Source: an uncultured cyanobacterium
GTDB taxonomy: Bacteria; Cyanobacteriota; Cyanobacteriia; Cyanobacteriales; CAWCAG01
Direction of reading: 5' to 3'
NCBI GenBank assembly: GCA_963803805.1
Contig: CAWDOD010000004.1
Coordinates: forward strand, 32,001-96,000
DNA length: 64,000 nt
Shown here: positions 61,149 to 64,000 of the stretch, one piece after another
Position numbering within the stretch: position 1 is the first letter of the stretch
Layout of the letters: each line of letters starts with the position of its first letter
The notes under the pieces: model-generated
What the model saw: the letters and a program-made list of their open reading frames with translations, nothing else
Told to the model about the DNA's origin: nothing
Databases searched by the model: none
Position numbers and translations under genes: made by a program

Positions 61149-62807
61149 TTAAGCCGGTTGTTTCTTTTTTAGCTTCCTTTTCAACTTCTTTTGCAAAACA
61201 GGATCATTTGCTTCGGCTTCTATGCGCTTTTCTTCTTCTTGCCGATTGATTTCCCCTAAACGCAGAATTACCCCAGCAAAAAACCAGTAATAAACATTAA
61301 CTGGCTCTGTATCTAAAGGATACCAATAGGTGTTATAGGTGATAATTAAAATAAATACCCATAAACTTGAACCCAAGGAACGTAAATTTTTATCCCGAAC
61401 GGAACGGTAATTCTTAAAACCGACAAATACTATATTTGTTAAAAAGAACAAAAAGGCTAAAGTCGCCAGTAAGCCCATTTCATAAATGAGTTTTGGGTAA
61501 TAGGTTTCCACCAAAGAAACTTTACCAAAAACCCTAGTAGAATTAGTTGCTCTTCCCAAACCCATACCCAAAGGCCCTTCAGAAGATTCAAAAGCCCATC
61601 TAAACTGTTCTTCAATAAAAGCTTGGGGGGGAGAAGCTTCTGCACGACTTTGAAAACTATCAATCCGTTCTTGAACCAAATCAGGATTTTTGCTAATAGC
61701 AAAAGTTAAAACTAAAGCTAGTCCTACACCAATAGGAATAAATCTTTTTAGATTAGCTAATTGTCCAGTTAAGACTAGTAAAATAATCGTAACTACAGGT
61801 ACTAATGCTAGGGCAATTCTTTGGCCAGAAACAACTGCATTAACAAATACCAAGGCCATACCTGCTAACCCTCCCATGCGCCAGAAAAAAGAAGGATCAC
61901 CAAAAGCAACGGTATAGGTTAAAACGCTATTGGCAATTAAAAACCAAGCCCAGTGCCAAGGAGAAGGGAAAGTTCCTGGCAGGCGAATCATATCTTGGGA
62001 AGGGGCAAAAGCCACAGAACCTCCCACTAAACATTTTGCTTCTACAGTTGCTTTGAATAGTTCATCTCCCACAGCATTGCGAGTTCCCACACAAGTACCA
62101 CTATCTAGCATTAAATATTGCATCACTCCTAGAACGCAGCAAATAATTGCCAATATTAAATGGAGGCGAGTACACAAAAGTAATTCTTTTTTTGTTTTGA
62201 TTAAATAAATAGCGCAAACAATCAGAGGAACGTAACCCAAAAGAACTTTGAGTCCTAAAATGCCCTGAAGAAAAGGAACTCCTTCCCCGGAACCAGCAAG
62301 CTGCAAACTGCCATTAACTAAAAGCAGTGTCATCACAGCTAAAACTAGGGATAAGTTAAAGGTCAAGGTTAAGTTTTTCGGGATAGGAAGACGTTCTCTT
62401 TTCTGTTTATATTCCCGCAACATACCAAACAAGGCGGGAATATAAAAAGCATCTTTAGCTAAACTGAAAAGAGCATTCCCTCCCCCAATCCAGTAAGTTA
62501 CTGTACCGCTAAAAGGTAAATAAATAAGGAAAAGCCACAGCCCTAAACTAGGATAGGCGTAGCAAAATAGAAGGGTGGGGATGCCTAGCATCACTCCTAA
62601 GCCGATGATGGGGCTAACTGCTGCCATAGCTGGCATACCAAAGAGAATACCGACTCCTAAACCAGTAAAAATAGTTTTAATTAGTTTTTGCTTAGCTTGC
62701 TTAGCTTTCCTTTGCTGGGCAATTAATTCTTCTCGACTCAGGATAGGCTGATCATGTTTGCCTCCTTGAGATTTTTTCTTTGATTTGGTTTTAACCATTT
62801 TGCTCAA
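61149..62807 (-). CDS. hpsL: Hormogonium polysaccharide biosynthesis membrane protein HpsL-like (O-antigen ligase/polymerase-like)
   Basis: Polytopic membrane protein; IRLPGTF, SGQR, GMGLGRATNS, ETYYPK..YEMG; heads the GT2-GT4 operon. ATG 62798 is an alternative start. Confidence 0.75.
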   Translation of the reverse strand: MSKMVKTKSKKKSQGGKHDQPILSREELIAQQRKAKQAKQKLIKTIFTGLGVGILFGMPAMAAVSPIIGLGVMLGIPTLLFCYAYPSLGLWLFLIYLPFSGTVTYWIGGGNALFSLAKDAFYIPALFGMLREYKQKRERLPIPKNLTLTFNLSLVLAVMTLLLVNGSLQLAGSGEGVPFLQGILGLKVLLGYVPLIVCAIYLIKTKKELLLCTRLHLILAIICCVLGVMQYLMLDSGTCVGTRNAVGDELFKATVEAKCLVGGSVAFAPSQDMIRLPGTFPSPWHWAWFLIANSVLTYTVAFGDPSFFWRMGGLAGMALVFVNAVVSGQRIALALVPVVTIILLVLTGQLANLKRFIPIGVGLALVLTFAISKNPDLVQERIDSFQSRAEASPPQAFIEEQFRWAFESSEGPLGMGLGRATNSTRVFGKVSLVETYYPKLIYEMGLLATLAFLFFLTNIVFVGFKNYRSVRDKNLRSLGSSLWVFILIITYNTYWYPLDTEPVNVYYWFFAGVILRLGEINRQEEEKRIEAEANDPVLQKKLKRKLKKKQPA

Positions 62808-62893
62808 CGCTAATCAGCTTTAAATTTAGCTCAACCCTCTCAAGGCAAAGTTTGAGCTAAATATTTAGTAAATTCAATTACCTCTTTATTAAA

Positions 62894-62922
62894 TTGCCCC
62901 GATTATTAGCTAGGGTAACAAA
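62894..62922. repeat. 29-bp direct repeat, copy 2
   Basis: TTGCCCCGATTATTAGCTAGGGTAACAAA. Confidence 0.8.
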
Positions 62923-63042
62923 CTTACCAACAACAGTATTGACAGTAATTGAGGTGTAACACTCTGTCCTTAAGGGCTGAGTCCTTAGAATACAATCATG
63001 TTAATTGTTTTTCCATCCTTTTTCGGATGATTTCTGTTAATC

Positions 63043-64000
63043 ATGTCTCTTAACCTAGATGCCCTAGTTGCTAGTTTACGATGTAACTTTTCTACCCCTC
63101 GCCAAGTCGCCATAATTGGTAGTACCTCTTTTTTTGGCAAGTCCACCGAAGCCATTTGCTACGCTACGGGGCGCAAGTTAGCAGAGATGACAGACGTAGC
63201 AATTTTGACTGGTGGGGTTTCTGGTATCCCGGAAGCGGTATCCCGCAGCTTTTATCAACATCGCCAAGGAGGAGGTGAGTGTAAGCCCCCTGTGTTTCAT
63301 ATTCAGCCCCAGGGCTTTTCACCTTGGGATTATGGTCATAATTTGAATGCAGGGCAAACCCTCAAACAAAGGCGCTTAATTTTAGCCCATGCAGCCCCGA
63401 TTTATTTGCTTCTAGAAGGAGGGCCAGGGACGGAACAGGAAGCGCGTTGGGCATTGGGTGCGGGGGCGATTGTTTTGCCAGTGGGATGCACTGATGGCTT
63501 TGCAGGGACTTTGTATGAGGAGTTTGCCGGAATTGAATGGCAAGCCGAAGAAGCAAGAGAAGCTTGGAAGCTAATTGGCAACAAGTATGCACAACCAGAG
63601 GTTGTGGCTACTGAAATTGCCTTTTTAATTGCCCAATTACTTGACCAAAGAGCAAAATACTTAGATGCCAAAGCAATTGAAACTCAAATAGCAACAGGAA
63701 ACCGCAATTTCCAACGGGCTTGGCTAGAAAATACCAGTTTGGATGGGTTGGACTTAGGAGGGTTTAATTTGCGCTGGGCAACCTTAAAACAGGTAAGCTT
63801 ACGAGAAACTAATTTAACAGAGACAAATTTACAGGGAAGTGTGATTGTAGATTGTCAGTTTGTCGGTGCGATCGCCCATCAGACTAAGCTGAATAACTCC
63901 CAGTTGATTCGTACTACTTTTCGAGATACAAACCTCAAAACCGCAGATATGGCAGGGGTAGTAACCAAAGAAGGAGTAGGTACAGCGGAAACAAAGACAA
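63043..64000 (+). CDS. SLOG (SMF/DprA/LOG)-like domain fused to pentapeptide repeats; 3'-truncated by the window and absent from the ORF track
   Basis: Hand translation from ATG 63043 is open to the window end: VAIIGS, ILTGGVSGIPEAV, QRRLIL, LLEGGPGTEQE, then GNRNFQRAWLENTSLDGLDLGGFNLRWATL pentapeptide repeats. Confidence 0.75.
   Translation, partial: MSLNLDALVASLRCNFSTPRQVAIIGSTSFFGKSTEAICYATGRKLAEMTDVAILTGGVSGIPEAVSRSFYQHRQGGGECKPPVFHIQPQGFSPWDYGHNLNAGQTLKQRRLILAHAAPIYLLLEGGPGTEQEARWALGAGAIVLPVGCTDGFAGTLYEEFAGIEWQAEEAREAWKLIGNKYAQPEVVATEIAFLIAQLLDQRAKYLDAKAIETQIATGNRNFQRAWLENTSLDGLDLGGFNLRWATLKQVSLRETNLTETNLQGSVIVDCQFVGAIAHQTKLNNSQLIRTTFRDTNLKTADMAGVVTKEGVGTAETKT

Larger units (their letters stand above)
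1753..63875. repeat. HIP1 octamer GCGATCGC dispersed through the window
   Basis: At least 37 copies counted by hand (e.g. 1753, 21001, 30841, 43121, 56621), far above chance; a cyanobacterial hallmark. Confidence 0.95.

Noticed and set aside
63362..63671. Two short - strand ORFs in the track
   Set aside because: Antisense to the long + strand SLOG-pentapeptide frame.

Overview
A 64-kb chromosomal window from a cyanobacterium: at least 37 hand-counted HIP1 octamers (GCGATCGC), many intergenic heptamer STRR-type tandem repeats, and Uma2, PEP-CTERM and hps genes. Contents in order: a signalling cluster (5'-truncated AAA/GAF/PAS histidine kinase, two REC-histidine kinases, a REC-degenerate GGDEF-EAL protein), pyrD, a GatD-like amidotransferase, SPFH proteins, sodC, tRNA-Asp(GTC), tRNA-Leu(GAG), ruvX, hemW, a haemagglutinin-CHAT protein, typA, an RND pump, cysC, two Ser/Thr kinases, an orphan phosphorothioation-associated helicase, a 2-Cys peroxiredoxin with a FurC/PerR-like box, hpsL/N/O-like genes, and a 3'-truncated SLOG + pentapeptide-repeat gene missing from the ORF track. 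No CRISPR array, rRNA, transposase or prophage was seen. Least explained signals: (i) a candidate + strand sRNA at about 9.93-10.09 kb with three phased CATCAGG repeats and a GU-containing terminator; (ii) the SLOG-pentapeptide fusion; (iii) a 29-bp hairpin-forming direct repeat flanking hpsL; (iv) near-identical receiver domains fused to different outputs; (v) three apparent frameshifts (ruvX, RND permease twice), all at GGCC sites and probably methylation-linked long-read errors. All calls come from reading motifs by eye; no searches were run.
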